Part shown: piece after piece, positions 63,719 to 64,000 of the stretch
Position numbering within the stretch: the stretch's first letter is position 1
Layout of the letters: each line of letters begins with the position of its first letter
From: Chthoniobacterales bacterium
GTDB taxonomy: Bacteria; Verrucomicrobiota; Verrucomicrobiia; Chthoniobacterales; UBA10450
Assembly: GCA_046593335.1 (NCBI GenBank)
Contig: JBKJNW010000042.1
Span: 439-64,438, forward strand
Direction of reading: 5' to 3'
DNA: 64,000 nucleotides
Notes under the pieces: generated by a model
Told to the model about the DNA's origin: nothing
Seen by the model: the letters and a program-made list of their open reading frames with translations, nothing else
The model's database searches: none
Translations under genes and position numbers: made by a program

Positions 63719-63723
63719 AAGGA

Positions 63724-64000
63724 TTACTTTGAAATCATTTCCAGCATTTCCACGCAACGATTGCTGTAGCCCCATTCGTTGTCGTACCAGCCCACGACCT
63801 TGACGAAGGTTCCCTGCGCCATCGTGAGTCCGCTATCGAAGATGCAGGAGTGCGGGTTACCCACAATGTCCATCGAGACCAACGGCTCGTCGCTGTATTC
63901 GAGCACGCCCTTGTAGCTGGCGTCGGCTGCGGCTTTTTTGAAGGCCGCGTTGATCGCCTCGGCCGTCGTTTCCTTCTCCAGGATGGCGGTGAAATCGGTC
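63724..64000 (-). CDS. gap: glyceraldehyde-3-phosphate dehydrogenase (3' part; 5' end beyond window)
   Basis: The C-terminus ..VKVVGWYDNEWGYSNRCVEMLEMISK is the canonical GAPDH tail. The frame stays open to the window edge. Confidence 0.9.
   Translation of the reverse strand, partial: TDFTAILEKETTAEAINAAFKKAAADASYKGVLEYSDEPLVSMDIVGNPHSCIFDSGLTMAQGTFVKVVGWYDNEWGYSNRCVEMLEMISK

Noticed and set aside
63270-63720. Four-helix-bundle (Avd-like) gene as part of a diversity-generating retroelement.
   Set aside because: No reverse transcriptase gene and no template/variable repeat pair are visible in the sequence available. However, the window ends only about 300 bp beyond the gene, inside gap.
1-64000. 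TCGTTAGGC motif as a Chi site, or as a KOPS/FtsK-orienting or other replication-polar sequence.
   Set aside because: Orientation is essentially balanced (39 against 36 by hand count) across 64 kb that almost certainly lies within one replichore. Chi- and KOPS-type motifs are strongly skewed.
1-64000. TTAGGC core read as telomere-like (nematode-type) repeat, or the motif as an assembly or synthetic artefact.
   Set aside because: Copies are single, dispersed and never tandem. They sit in-frame over conserved peptide motifs of intact housekeeping genes. That fits long-term selection on a bacterial chromosome, not telomeric arrays or vector or adaptor contamination.

Overview
GC-rich (about 60-65% by eye) bacterial chromosomal segment, densely coding on both strands, with about 65 protein genes and one tRNA-Ser(GGA). 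The protein families present suggest a PVC-group organism such as Verrucomicrobiota, though this is inference only. These include four-helix-bundle/23S-IVS proteins, DUF4388, a TMTC-like GT-C+TPR protein, a 'small basic protein', ECF sigma modules and a Kelch propeller.

Content is mostly housekeeping and envelope functions:
- Core metabolism and maintenance: gap-pgk-tpiA, gcvT-gcvH, cysS, ispF, yicC-gmk-coaBC, mutY, rnhC.
- Redox and transport: DsbD/redoxin, OPT and MFS transporters, an MscS channel, and a tesA/ybbA/ybbP-like module.
- Regulation: two ECF sigma modules.
- Envelope glycosylation and polysaccharide: GT39, GT2 and GT-C+TPR glycosylation genes, and a GH18-like/CE4/GT2 exopolysaccharide synthase with GH26.

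I saw no rRNA, CRISPR array, prophage or intact transposase; the only mobile trace is a roughly 30-codon relic of a Y1 transposase.

The most unusual signals:
1. The 9-mer TCGTTAGGC / GCCTAACGA occurs about once per 850 bp on both strands, inside genes in every tolerated frame, and supplies many stop codons.
2. A family of (CTCCTG)n-rich inverted repeats is present. One pair brackets a four-helix-bundle (Avd/23S-IVS family) gene wedged between gap and pgk.
3. Two paralogous [beta-barrel OMP + secreted protein] modules sit on either side of an ABC-2 exporter.
4. A 560-bp non-coding region carries direct repeats.

All counts and coordinates were derived by hand. They may be off by a base or two and need computational confirmation.
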